Source: an uncultured candidate division WWE3 bacterium (GTDB lineage: Bacteria > Patescibacteriota > WWE3 > UBA101185 > UBA10185). Taken from it: 64,000 nt of DNA. How positions within the stretch are numbered: position 1 is the stretch's first letter; every line of letters begins with the position of its first letter. Below are positions 9,196-18,319 of the stretch, piece by piece. The notes under the pieces were generated by a model. The model did not search any database. It was not told the origin of the DNA and was given only the letters and a program-made list of their open reading frames with translations. Both the position numbers and the translations under genes were made by a program. The stretch spans positions 263,837-327,836 of the forward strand of contig CAVXUZ010000005.1 in the NCBI GenBank assembly GCA_963765125.1. Direction: 5' to 3'.

Positions 9196-9354
9196 GATTT
9201 CCCGACGCGGCTAACGCTCCAAATGTAGAAAATGAACTTGACGGTCACAAATCGTAGGTGGTGGGGTTACTCAATTTTGCTCAGACTAAGCATCAGGATG
9301 GGGTGAGATTAGAAAAACAGAAACACAAATGTTTGAATTTTTAGAAGCGACTGA

Positions 9355-10983
9355 CTACTGAGTAAACTTCACACTTTCCACAATAGGTTCCAAATCAATA
9401 TTTATAATATCAGGATAGTAATCTTCGTTTAACATGGTGCCGTATTCAATAATCAAAATATATTTTCGGTTTGGATCAAGAATATAGTAGCCCTGGCTTG
9501 AAAAGCCGCCCTCACTATAGCCAAATTTACAAACATGATTTATACCAATTTTTTGGGGAGCTGATATATTTTCCTTCTCATAGTTATAACAACCATTTTT
9601 GTTGGCATCATAACCCCCACCTCCCATAACATTTACCTCTCCCACTGATCCGAATGAAATAAGCTTAAGTAGTAGCTGAGATGGTTGATAAATTTGTGAG
9701 TTGATAAAAGTTATATCTAGGAACTCAGCCACTATATCGTTTGGTTCTTTCTCTTTAGGCTGGTGCTCGATTACGTTACCAGGAACTTGCAATGTAACAA
9801 TGTTAGATAGTGAGATAGAGTTAGTTTGGGTGGTTATAGTTTCAGCGTCTTTAATAGCTGGTGTTTCAATATATTTTATTGATGCAAAAATATTATCAAT
9901 TTCTTTCAAATTATTTTCTGAGGTAAGTGGAGAGTACAATGCATAATTTCTGCCTTTATCTACGTTTATTAGTGTACTTGATGCAAAGATAGCTCCTCCA
10001 ACATTGTTTACCTCATAGGGTTCTGTCCTATAATAAAACACACCAAGCTCTTGCGAGTTAGATTCACCACCAAGCCAATATCTTGAAAGGTAAGTGCCAT
10101 CCGATAATCTTAAGAAAACCATTCTTCGTGCTAAACCAGGTAAACGGCCACCAGATGCGTTGATATGTTCACGAGCAGTCTCAATTTCAAAAAGTGTTTG
10201 ATTGTTTCTTTTAGCCGTTACGATGGTTATAAAATCGTTGTAAATTTCATAAGTCTTTTCTATAACTTGAACATCTGGAGGGTAATTAAAACTTATTCCG
10301 CCTTTTTTGCTACTGTATTCTGGCCAATTGGCGTTATTGTTAAACAAAACAACATGGGCATCAACATCCCTGTAATATCCAATACCATCTTTCTGGTAGC
10401 GGAGGGTAGTAAAATATTCTTGCTCAGAATCGGAACAATCCAAGGTAACACGTCCTATCGCCAAATCATAAAATGAGCACAATTCCACTCCATCAAGTTT
10501 TTCGATTAAGGTAAAATCGTTATAACTATCAGTATAATAATCAAACTCTGTTCCGTCGCGTAGCCAAGTACTAAAACGGTAATTTGCATCTTGATAGGGC
10601 GTAAGTTTCAAAAAGCCCAACACATCTTGATCTCCATCGCCGTCAATATCGAAAAATCGCAAGGTATTTTCAACAATCTCAGGTTTAGAAAACTCGGTTT
10701 TTCCCATTAAATCTTGAAGTTGGAGGTATGTTGCGTGATCTACTGAAGAGCCAGTGTTATTTAAGGCTACAGGGTTTTGTTCAGATTCATCATTTATCGA
10801 AACCAAAGGAGCGGTTGTACCTTCTTTATTTATATTTGAGATAATAAAATAACCAGCCATAGTCATTATAAGTACAGCTATAAAAACACTTAATGGAAAC
10901 CAGAGTATTTTTTGTTTTTCGGCTGCAGGTTCTGGTGGTATATTTTGAGCGGAATCGACCATATTCCTTATTTCTTCATCCAC
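9355..10983 (-). CDS. Membrane-anchored extracellular protein of unknown function
   Basis: One N-terminal TM, DIDGDGDQD Ca-binding-like loop, PsbP-like WPEYSSKKGGISFNYP segment. Confidence 0.8.
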   Translation of the reverse strand: MDEEIRNMVDSAQNIPPEPAAEKQKILWFPLSVFIAVLIMTMAGYFIISNINKEGTTAPLVSINDESEQNPVALNNTGSSVDHATYLQLQDLMGKTEFSKPEIVENTLRFFDIDGDGDQDVLGFLKLTPYQDANYRFSTWLRDGTEFDYYTDSYNDFTLIEKLDGVELCSFYDLAIGRVTLDCSDSEQEYFTTLRYQKDGIGYYRDVDAHVVLFNNNANWPEYSSKKGGISFNYPPDVQVIEKTYEIYNDFITIVTAKRNNQTLFEIETAREHINASGGRLPGLARRMVFLRLSDGTYLSRYWLGGESNSQELGVFYYRTEPYEVNNVGGAIFASSTLINVDKGRNYALYSPLTSENNLKEIDNIFASIKYIETPAIKDAETITTQTNSISLSNIVTLQVPGNVIEHQPKEKEPNDIVAEFLDITFINSQIYQPSQLLLKLISFGSVGEVNVMGGGGYDANKNGCYNYEKENISAPQKIGINHVCKFGYSEGGFSSQGYYILDPNRKYILIIEYGTMLNEDYYPDIINIDLEPIVESVKFTQ

Positions 10984-11131
10984 AACTCTATTCTAACAAG
11001 TTTTACTATTTGTGAATATCCAACTGCTATAAAATCTCAAGATGGCATTGGCACTAAAGCCCGCTCCAAATATTTTAAACTCCAATACACGCCATACTAA
11101 TTAAAAATCTACTATAATATTAAGTATAAAC

Positions 11132-11602
11132 ATGCACCCAAAACCAGAAGAAATAAAAAATCAACTTAGAAAATTTAACCTAATGGGTTATTCAGATGAA
11201 ACTGTAAGGTATGAGGATAACGGTAAAAATGGAAAAATTCTAACAAGAGCAGATGGCGATTGGAAATACGAAGATGAATACTACGGAGGAGAGCCTTATT
11301 CAGGCAACGAAACACTTTGGTTCAATAAAAAAGACGTTTTTAGGTGTGTTTATATGGGAAAGGTAGCGCCCGGTGTTAATTTTTCGGATATTTATTCTTT
11401 TTTAAGAAAAGCATTCAAAGAAGAGCCAAACGGAAATTGTGTTCATAGAGGTCCAGAAAAGTATACAGAAGATAACTTAACCTATACAAATGAGTGTAAG
11501 GGAACTATTGAAGAGTTTTTACAAACCGAAAGAATCTTTCTTGATGGAAAGGAAGTTTATACAGCGTATTTTATGGGCGGAAGAGTGAACGTTCAAAAAT
11601 AG
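11132..11602 (+). CDS. DUF5680-like protein
   Basis: YEDEYYGGEPYSGNETLW...YMG...FLRKA...RGP...E pattern (family assignment from memory). Confidence 0.7.
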   Translation: MHPKPEEIKNQLRKFNLMGYSDETVRYEDNGKNGKILTRADGDWKYEDEYYGGEPYSGNETLWFNKKDVFRCVYMGKVAPGVNFSDIYSFLRKAFKEEPNGNCVHRGPEKYTEDNLTYTNECKGTIEEFLQTERIFLDGKEVYTAYFMGGRVNVQK

Positions 11603-11644
11603 GTAGATTTTTCCAAATTCAATTGACACCCCAAAACGCCAAAG

Positions 11645-11675
11645 AAAAAGCCTCATATTATTTTTATGAGGCTTT
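11645..11675. terminator. Bidirectional terminator between convergent DUF5680-like gene and ugd
   Basis: AAAGCCTCAT / ATGAGGCTTT stem with A and T runs. Confidence 0.85.
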
Positions 11676-11686
11676 GTTTGTTACAA

Positions 11687-11699
11687 GCAAAATCGTTAT
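11687..11699. repeat. Inverted-repeat arm overlapping the ugd stop codon (partner 13167-13179)
   Basis: GCAAAATCGTTAT is the exact reverse complement of ATAACGATTTTGC. Confidence 0.9.
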
Positions 11700-13078
11700 T
11701 TTGTACTAGACCCATTACTTTCTGTTAGCTTTGCAATGTAGGTCGTATCCTTTTCGTTAATTATCTTTTGACCGTTTGTCGGGCGACCCATGGCAAAGTA
11801 GATAAATCCAGCTTCTTGAACAGTCTTTGGATCTAACATGTTGCGACCATCAAAAATCACCGGTTTTTTAAGCAATGACTTTACTCGGGTTAAGTCCAGG
11901 TTTTTAAACTCAGGCCAGTCTGTCAAAATTACTAACGCATCCACGCCGTCAATTGCTTCGTAAGGGTCATCGCAATATGTGATAGACGTTTCACCTAGAT
12001 CTTCCTTTGCTTTCTGTGTAGCTTCTGGGTCGTACGCATTAATATATGCACCACTTCCGCGCAAACGCATGATTACCTTTTTTGCCGGCGACTCGCGGGT
12101 GTCGTCAGTTCCAGCTTTGAACGCTAGACCTAACGCAGCAAATCTTTTTCCGTCAAGGTGGCCACCATAGAACTTCGCGATTTTACTCACAAAACGTTTG
12201 TGTACACGACGATTGGTATCCAAGGTTCCTTTTAGCAGTGGCAAAGGCAAAGACCTTTTTTCTGCCTCATAAGCTAGAGCCTGCACATCTTTAGGAAAGC
12301 ACGAACCGCCCCATCCTAAGCCTGCTTTTAAGAAGTAGGGTCCAATGCGGGGGTCTTTACCAACGGCGTACATCACGTTGAGCACATCAGCGCCAATGTC
12401 TTCGCAAAAATCAGCAATGAAATCTGCAAAAGAGATCTTTGTTGCCAGTAATGCGTTTGACGCGTACTTAATCAGTTCAGCCTCTGCCAAGTTACAACGT
12501 ACAATCTCGGCGGGCAAGTGCTCAAAGATCTTCGCTACGATATTTATAGCCTCTGCTGAATCAGAACCAATCACTGTGCGAGCGGAATGCTCCATGTCGT
12601 GGACCGACGTACCTTGCGCCAAAAATTCTGGACACGAAGCTACATCAAACTGTACACCCGGTTTCACTGTATCGTGTAATATTTTCTTTACACGCAGGTT
12701 GGTTCCCACCGGTACAGTACTTTTTGTTGTCACAACTGCATAGTGCTCGAGATGTAATCCAATTTGCCTAGCAACTTCCAGAACCGATGATAGATCTGCA
12801 TCGCCTGCTGCTCCTTGAGGGGTGCCTACACAGGTAAAAATCACTTCGGCGTCTTTAATCCCGTCTGCGAGTGAGTCTGTGAACCTTAAACTGCCGTTTT
12901 TCAAGCCTTCTTCAACTAAATCTTTTAAACCCGGCTCGTAAATCGGCATTACACCCGACTGGATCATATCCAACTTTGCTCGATCAACGTCAATGCCTAC
13001 AACTTTGTTTCCCCATTTTGAGAAAACAGCTGCGCCTACTAATCCAACATACCCTGTACCTATAACAGCGATTTTCAT
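11696..13078 (-). CDS. ugd: UDP-glucose/GDP-mannose 6-dehydrogenase
   Basis: GTGYVG, KSTVPVGT, PEFL, KYASN, GGSCFPKD, GLAFK..TDDTRESP, DGRN; AAGGAG SD. Confidence 0.96.
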   Translation of the reverse strand: MKIAVIGTGYVGLVGAAVFSKWGNKVVGIDVDRAKLDMIQSGVMPIYEPGLKDLVEEGLKNGSLRFTDSLADGIKDAEVIFTCVGTPQGAAGDADLSSVLEVARQIGLHLEHYAVVTTKSTVPVGTNLRVKKILHDTVKPGVQFDVASCPEFLAQGTSVHDMEHSARTVIGSDSAEAINIVAKIFEHLPAEIVRCNLAEAELIKYASNALLATKISFADFIADFCEDIGADVLNVMYAVGKDPRIGPYFLKAGLGWGGSCFPKDVQALAYEAEKRSLPLPLLKGTLDTNRRVHKRFVSKIAKFYGGHLDGKRFAALGLAFKAGTDDTRESPAKKVIMRLRGSGAYINAYDPEATQKAKEDLGETSITYCDDPYEAIDGVDALVILTDWPEFKNLDLTRVKSLLKKPVIFDGRNMLDPKTVQEAGFIYFAMGRPTNGQKIINEKDTTYIAKLTESNGSSTK

Positions 13079-13166
13079 TGTCTCTCCTTTTCTTTTTGTT
13101 CTATTTTAAAAGCATTTTAAGCAGTATTAGGCTCAAAATGACATTATTTTGTCTTTCCTCTAGCGC

Positions 13167-13179
13167 ATAACGATTTTGC
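13167..13179. repeat. Inverted-repeat arm at the predicted ugd transcription start
   Basis: ATAACGATTTTGC; begins 8 nt after the minus-strand -10 box. Confidence 0.9.
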
Positions 13180-13186
13180 GAATGTC

Positions 13187-13215
13187 ACTATACCAATTTA
13201 AAGTTAGGTGGTCAA
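13187..13215 (-). promoter_or_regulatory. Sigma70 promoter of ugd
   Basis: TTGACC-17 bp-TATAGT with extended TG. Confidence 0.8.
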
Positions 13216-13321
13216 AATCAGAAAGCCCCACAAGCTACTACGTACAAATAAAGCCTTTAATAGGTTGCCTAAAATTTGTCATCCCTATATAATCACACAA
13301 AACACCTTAAAGGAGACTGTT

Positions 13322-13699
13322 ATGGACGGTGGTGAAACCAATATTCTTGAAGATGAGCATCAAGGTGAAGAGCAAGTAAAAAAATGGCAGGATTCCGTAG
13401 AAAGAGAAATTAGGAGAGAAGCTGCGGAATACAATCAATTGATTCGTAACGGTGTTATCTTTTCTGAGTTTGTAAGTCGATCAAACGGTCGCGGACGTAA
13501 AAAAAGAAAAAGACCACGCGAAGTTAGACTAGTTACTTTTTGTAACCATACTTACGCTATAGGAACTAGACTTACACGCAAACTTGAGTGGCTAATGAAA
13601 GACGTTTTTCCTGAGGAAGCTAATCGATTTGAGGAGTTGAGTTGGCTCGAAGCATTTGTTGTTGAGCTTAGACACAGCGAAAGATTAAAGAATGAATAA
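13322..13699 (+). CDS. Orphan protein with a highly basic patch
   Basis: AAGGAG SD before ATG 13322, TTGCCT-17-TATAAT promoter and its own terminator; GRGRKKRKRPR. Confidence 0.75.
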   Translation: MDGGETNILEDEHQGEEQVKKWQDSVEREIRREAAEYNQLIRNGVIFSEFVSRSNGRGRKKRKRPREVRLVTFCNHTYAIGTRLTRKLEWLMKDVFPEEANRFEELSWLEAFVVELRHSERLKNE

Positions 13700-13732
13700 T
13701 ACCCAGTTACTGCAACCGCTGGGTATTTTTTT
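13698..13732 (+). terminator. Intrinsic terminator
   Basis: AATACCCAG...CTGGGTATTTTTTT. Confidence 0.85.
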
Positions 13733-13777
13733 ATCTTGTCTGGCTTGACTAGCAAAGAGTATACTTTCAATTACAGT

Positions 13778-13853
13778 GCCAGTGTAGCTCAGTCGGTAGA
13801 GCAAGCCCTTCGTAAGGGTTAGGTCGACGGTTCGATTCCGTCCACTGGCTCCA
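13778..13853 (+). tRNA. tRNA-Thr(CGT)
   Basis: Cloverleaf; anticodon arm AGCCC-TTCGTAA-GGGTT; encoded CCA. Confidence 0.96.
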
Positions 13854-13874
13854 TAAATTTGATAGAATTCTATT

Positions 13875-14603
13875 GTGACTACATACAGACCACGCAAAAA
13901 ATCTATAGATTCCGAAACATTAGAGATGCGAAGAAAGCTTTCTCTTTCTTTGGTAGGAATTTTTGGCTTTATAATTATTTCTCTAGTATCGCTTAGTTTC
14001 TTTGGGCCACAGATAGGCTCAATCTTCGGTTTTATTTCTATTAATAGAAATCAGCAAGTACCTGAAGCAAAAGCTACTATTGCACCACCTTCATTTGTGG
14101 CACTACCTAAAGCAACAAAAGAAAAGACACTTAAACTTGAAGGTTACTCAAACTCCGGCTCAACTGTAAAATTATTTGTTAACGGCCCTGAAAAAGGTTC
14201 TGTTCTTACTGCGGCTGATGGAAAGTTTGTCTTTGATTCAGTAGACCTTATTGACGGAAGAAACACTATATTTGCAAAGGCCGTTGACGAAAAGGGTAAC
14301 GAGAGTGAACGTTCGGAAACTCACACGATTACCATTGATACGAAAATTCCAAAGGTTACTATTACCGCACCGTCGAACGGTGAAACTGTTAAAAATCTTA
14401 ATGAGCGCGTTCTTGTTAAAGGTGAGGTAAGTGAAAAAGCAAAAATAACCGTCAATGGAAAACTCGCGGTGCAGCGTGCTGACCAATCATTTGAATATTT
14501 ACTAGGGGTAGACGATGGCGATGTAGAAATCAGCGTAGAGGCGGTCGATGAGGCTGGTAATTCATCAAAAGAAAAAATATTCATAAAGTACGAAAAAAAC
14601 TAA
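13875..14603 (+). CDS. Membrane-anchored protein with two bacterial Ig-like domains
   Basis: TM followed by two beta-rich repeats ending AVDEKGNES and AVDEAGNSS. Confidence 0.85.
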   Translation: MTTYRPRKKSIDSETLEMRRKLSLSLVGIFGFIIISLVSLSFFGPQIGSIFGFISINRNQQVPEAKATIAPPSFVALPKATKEKTLKLEGYSNSGSTVKLFVNGPEKGSVLTAADGKFVFDSVDLIDGRNTIFAKAVDEKGNESERSETHTITIDTKIPKVTITAPSNGETVKNLNERVLVKGEVSEKAKITVNGKLAVQRADQSFEYLLGVDDGDVEISVEAVDEAGNSSKEKIFIKYEKN

Positions 14604-15763
14604 GAGTCTATTAACGCATACAAACTAATCCAAAAAAACATAATTTGCGGAAAAAACAGCGAATTGATGAATTGCGATTCTAAGATAAAGCTAAAAATAA
14701 TTGCTGCTGTAAAATAACTTGGGGCAGAAAGCAGCGGAAAGAAGAAGGCTAATATAAATATTATAAAACCAATGATTCCCGTAGTAGCCAGAACAAGCAG
14801 AAAGCTCGAGTCTGAGCCTGAAGCGCTGTGGTCCTCGAGGGTGTCTGGGGTTAAATAACCATAATTTACCTTCTCTGCCTTTAAATTGTTAAATCCCACC
14901 CCAAGTATTAAATTATCTTCTACTATCTCAAAAGTATTTCTCCAAGATATTAATCGAAAATGCGCTGAATCTGCGGGGTCAGTTAAGCCCGCCAACCTTG
15001 TTTGAATTCGTGGAATTGCAAAGTAAGCAGAAAAAATCAAAATTAAAGCCGCAAAGATAATAAACACTGATTTTTTCAACCCGTAAATAAATATTACAAC
15101 CGCAAACATCCCCCAAGCACTTCGTGAATATGTTAAGAACAATGCTAAAAGAGAAATTGCAAAAACAGCCCTAAAAAGTCTCTTTGAAAATATTTCTCTT
15201 TTGAATAATAAAACAGTAATGCAAAGCACTAAGTAGGCACCTAGAAAATTTGGGTCAAAAAAAGTACTAGCTAGTCGGTTTTTATGAGGATCCCAACCCA
15301 AGGACGGATCTAAGACCGTAAAATCGGGCAAAATAATCAGCTGTGCAAAACCTAAAACGCTTAAAATAACGCCTGAAATCACAAAGTATTTAAATAACTT
15401 AGCTACATCCAGATACTTATTTTTAACTGCAGAGAAAGTAACAACACCAGAAAGTAAATAAACTACCCATCGCACAAGATAAAAGAAAGCAAATAGTAAG
15501 TCTTCGCCAGAATTTTTAGAATATACGGGAATCAGAGATGCTGCAGCAATTATCGTAAACACTAGAAATAAAACAATATTTCTAGGAATTACTATTTTTT
15601 CCTTTTTTATCAAATATTGAAATATTCCTACAAAAGTGTACAAACCAACCAATAAATCAAAAAGATAGATTTTCTGCACTCCCCCGCCAAAAAGAAATGA
15701 AATATCAGAAAATTGGCTGAGAGTTAATGAGGCAAGAACAATAATAAATAACTTATTTAGCAT
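14600..15763 (-). CDS. O-antigen ligase/Wzy_C family membrane protein
   Basis: Polytopic; RLASTFFDPNFLG, LTYSRSAW, R..SW, GVGFNN; start MLNKLF coupled to the flippase. Confidence 0.88.
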   Translation of the reverse strand: MLNKLFIIVLASLTLSQFSDISFLFGGGVQKIYLFDLLVGLYTFVGIFQYLIKKEKIVIPRNIVLFLVFTIIAAASLIPVYSKNSGEDLLFAFFYLVRWVVYLLSGVVTFSAVKNKYLDVAKLFKYFVISGVILSVLGFAQLIILPDFTVLDPSLGWDPHKNRLASTFFDPNFLGAYLVLCITVLLFKREIFSKRLFRAVFAISLLALFLTYSRSAWGMFAVVIFIYGLKKSVFIIFAALILIFSAYFAIPRIQTRLAGLTDPADSAHFRLISWRNTFEIVEDNLILGVGFNNLKAEKVNYGYLTPDTLEDHSASGSDSSFLLVLATTGIIGFIIFILAFFFPLLSAPSYFTAAIIFSFILESQFINSLFFPQIMFFWISLYALIDS

Positions 15764-17030
15764 AGTATGCTCGCCATGCCTTTCTGGCAGCAAAGATTAG
15801 CATAAAAAATACTAGCAATTCTGAAATGTGGGTGGTTACAGTCGCACCATAAAGTGAATATCTTGGTATAACAACTAAATTAACTGCCAAGTTAAAAACA
15901 GCAGCAATAAAATATACCCAAGGAAGATATTTCTGCTTTTCTAGGGTTACAATAAGCCATGATAGTGGCTGGGTGAGGTAATAAATCACCAAACCACCTA
16001 AAAGAATTTGTAAGACTAAAACTGACTTTGTAAACTCCGCGCCGCCAAGAAACGAAATTGCAAAAGGTGACGCTACTATACCCACCATACCTGCAACAAT
16101 TCCCGCTGAAAAAAGAAACAAAAACACATTTTTTAACGTCTTTTTAATCTTGTCTTTACCTTCGAACAAATGCCTGACCATTACTGGGTAAACTGAATTC
16201 ATAAAAAAGGTCGGTACAACCAACGCAACTTCAAATATTTTGTATGGTAAAGAATAAACTGCGACAGTCTCGGTGTTATTAAGACCATACTTAGTTGGTA
16301 GTTTTAACACTGATAAAAGAATTTCGTCTTCTTTAAAGTTGAGCTGACTAAACACAAACATAATGCCTAGTGGTAAAGTCTGCGCCAAAAGATACCCAAT
16401 CAGCTTTTTATCGATTTCAAATTTAATTTGTACATCTAGGCGCTTCAACATCTTTAAAGCAATTAAAAATGTGAGAAAACCACCGAGAACATAGCTAAAG
16501 CTAATCCACAAGACATTTAGATTTAAGTATGAAAAAAGCAGCAATCCGGCAAGAACAATAATGTAACCCGCAACAAGAGCAACGGTTGATAGGTCATAAC
16601 GCATCTTTGTTTGAAACGCTATGTTTGTCGTAGTAAATAGAGATTGGGTTAAAATTAAAAATAGACTTAGTCGAATTCCAAATTTTAAACCCTCACTGTA
16701 TGGAAAAAACGTAAGAGCTCCCCACAATAGCGCAATAAAAAATACAGAAAATGCAATTCTGAGAAAAAGAATATTACCGAGGTATTTTCCTGCTTTAGAA
16801 AAATCTTTTGATAGTTCTCGGGTAGCAATTGCGTTTAATCCAAAGTCTGCAATTATAAATACTAGCGCCGGCCAACTTTGCATAAGACTAAATTCTCCAT
16901 ACGATTCCCTACCATAAAATCTCGTAATGAGAATTGTACCTAATACAGTAATTGACATTGTTGTCACCTTACCAATGATTTGGTAGATAGTATTACTGGC
17001 TATTTTTATTGTAGTGGCGCTTTTAATCAT
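15753..17030 (-). CDS. Wzx-type polysaccharide flippase
   Basis: About 12 TM; YGEFS, ADFGL...TRE, NLVVIPRYSLYGA. Confidence 0.9.
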   Translation of the reverse strand: MIKSATTIKIASNTIYQIIGKVTTMSITVLGTILITRFYGRESYGEFSLMQSWPALVFIIADFGLNAIATRELSKDFSKAGKYLGNILFLRIAFSVFFIALLWGALTFFPYSEGLKFGIRLSLFLILTQSLFTTTNIAFQTKMRYDLSTVALVAGYIIVLAGLLLFSYLNLNVLWISFSYVLGGFLTFLIALKMLKRLDVQIKFEIDKKLIGYLLAQTLPLGIMFVFSQLNFKEDEILLSVLKLPTKYGLNNTETVAVYSLPYKIFEVALVVPTFFMNSVYPVMVRHLFEGKDKIKKTLKNVFLFLFSAGIVAGMVGIVASPFAISFLGGAEFTKSVLVLQILLGGLVIYYLTQPLSWLIVTLEKQKYLPWVYFIAAVFNLAVNLVVIPRYSLYGATVTTHISELLVFFMLIFAARKAWRAYYAK

Positions 17031-17032
17031 GT

Positions 17033-18259
17033 TTATTCGCAGGACGAGAAATCTATATTCTCCACCGTTAAATGCGGAGGATTCCCGCTTATTTTATCAA
17101 GGGATTTCACTGCGTCAAAATGCTCATAAGGTACATTATCTTCGTTAATCCACGAAAAATGATCATAGGGAGCTTCATATTTTATAGTAAACGGTGTTAC
17201 TGCTCTTACACGATCATCTTTAAGCCACACTTCTTCGAATGCAATCTTTATATATTCAGAAACTGTCTTCGCATTTAAAAATGCTGAGCTGTAGTTTTTT
17301 CCTTCGGCGTGCGCCCAACCAGTCTCTGTAATAAATACTGGAAGTTCTTTTTTAACACCTAATTCGTTTTTTAGAAAATTAAGTTCATCTTCGTATGCGC
17401 GAATGCTCCATCTTCCTGTTGCCCTCGGACCACCACTAAAGTTTGGTTGAGGATAAGGGTGCGATGCCCAGCCATCAAGCCTGTTAAATATTCCTGGAAC
17501 TTTTTCATCCATTTTTTTCATGTATTCAAATGCATCCATATGTCTGTCGTCTGTTGGCGCAGTAATATTGAAAGCACCATTAATCATAAAGTACGTCGAA
17601 TTAGTATTTTTAAATGTTGTAATTGTGTAATCAAGAATTTCTGCGTACTCGCCTGGATAAACTCTGTCATACCAAAACCTCGAATCATTCATTTCGTTAT
17701 AAACGCTTACATATCTGTCTCGAATCGGCCAGGCAAACTTATTTAAAAACTCTGCGGCGTCTCTCGTTTGTTTTTCATATTCTTCAGTGTCAATATCCCA
17801 GAGCTGAATAATCGGTATAAGATGCTTGTTCCTAAGCTGATCAAACACTCTAAACCACTTAGAAAAATCTCTATCTTTAACGTTATAAGGTATTAAAACG
17901 TATCCCCAATCGCCTCCATTTGAATTAACAAGATTTTGTGCGGTTTCAAAGAAATCTTTATTTTCTGCGTAAATATACAACCCAAACTTATTATTTTTAT
18001 CCCAAGGGCTGTCTACATAAAAAGAATAATTAATACCTTGCGTAATGCCACAGTCTTGCTCTATAGGTGGCAAGCTATTATCTGACGCGGTAGGAGGCAG
18101 CGGCATAGGTTTTTCAAGCATACGTGAATCATCTCTCTTGTAGATTTGCGAAATCAGTTTTCTTCCCTTATCTGACGTAAGTAAACTATGCAGCCCTAAA
18201 AGTAGTCCAAAAACAACAATAAAGGACAATAAAATGTGCATAAGTTTAATCCTGTGCAT
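17033..18259 (-). CDS. Membrane-anchored clan-A-like glycoside hydrolase
   Basis: VYNEMN (acid/base), WASHPYP, VFITETGW (nucleophile); ATG 18259 lies 6 nt after TAAAAT. Confidence 0.8.
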   Translation of the reverse strand: MHRIKLMHILLSFIVVFGLLLGLHSLLTSDKGRKLISQIYKRDDSRMLEKPMPLPPTASDNSLPPIEQDCGITQGINYSFYVDSPWDKNNKFGLYIYAENKDFFETAQNLVNSNGGDWGYVLIPYNVKDRDFSKWFRVFDQLRNKHLIPIIQLWDIDTEEYEKQTRDAAEFLNKFAWPIRDRYVSVYNEMNDSRFWYDRVYPGEYAEILDYTITTFKNTNSTYFMINGAFNITAPTDDRHMDAFEYMKKMDEKVPGIFNRLDGWASHPYPQPNFSGGPRATGRWSIRAYEDELNFLKNELGVKKELPVFITETGWAHAEGKNYSSAFLNAKTVSEYIKIAFEEVWLKDDRVRAVTPFTIKYEAPYDHFSWINEDNVPYEHFDAVKSLDKISGNPPHLTVENIDFSSCE

Positions 18260-18319
18260 CAAATAATTTTATCATTTAATCATTAACCGATGTGGCTATG
18301 ATTACAAAATGAAGGTAAA

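Noticed and set aside
9205-9275. Possible integron attC site starting at GGCTAAC
   Set aside because: No convincing complementary GTTRRRY end or paired L boxes, and no intI in the window
8576-11071. Repeats as a CRISPR array
   Set aside because: Only two long copies, irregular spacing with whole genes between them, repeat equals a tRNA end, and no cas genes
13208-13321. GTG start at 13208 given in the ORF track
   Set aside because: That stretch contains promoter elements, and the SD points to ATG 13322
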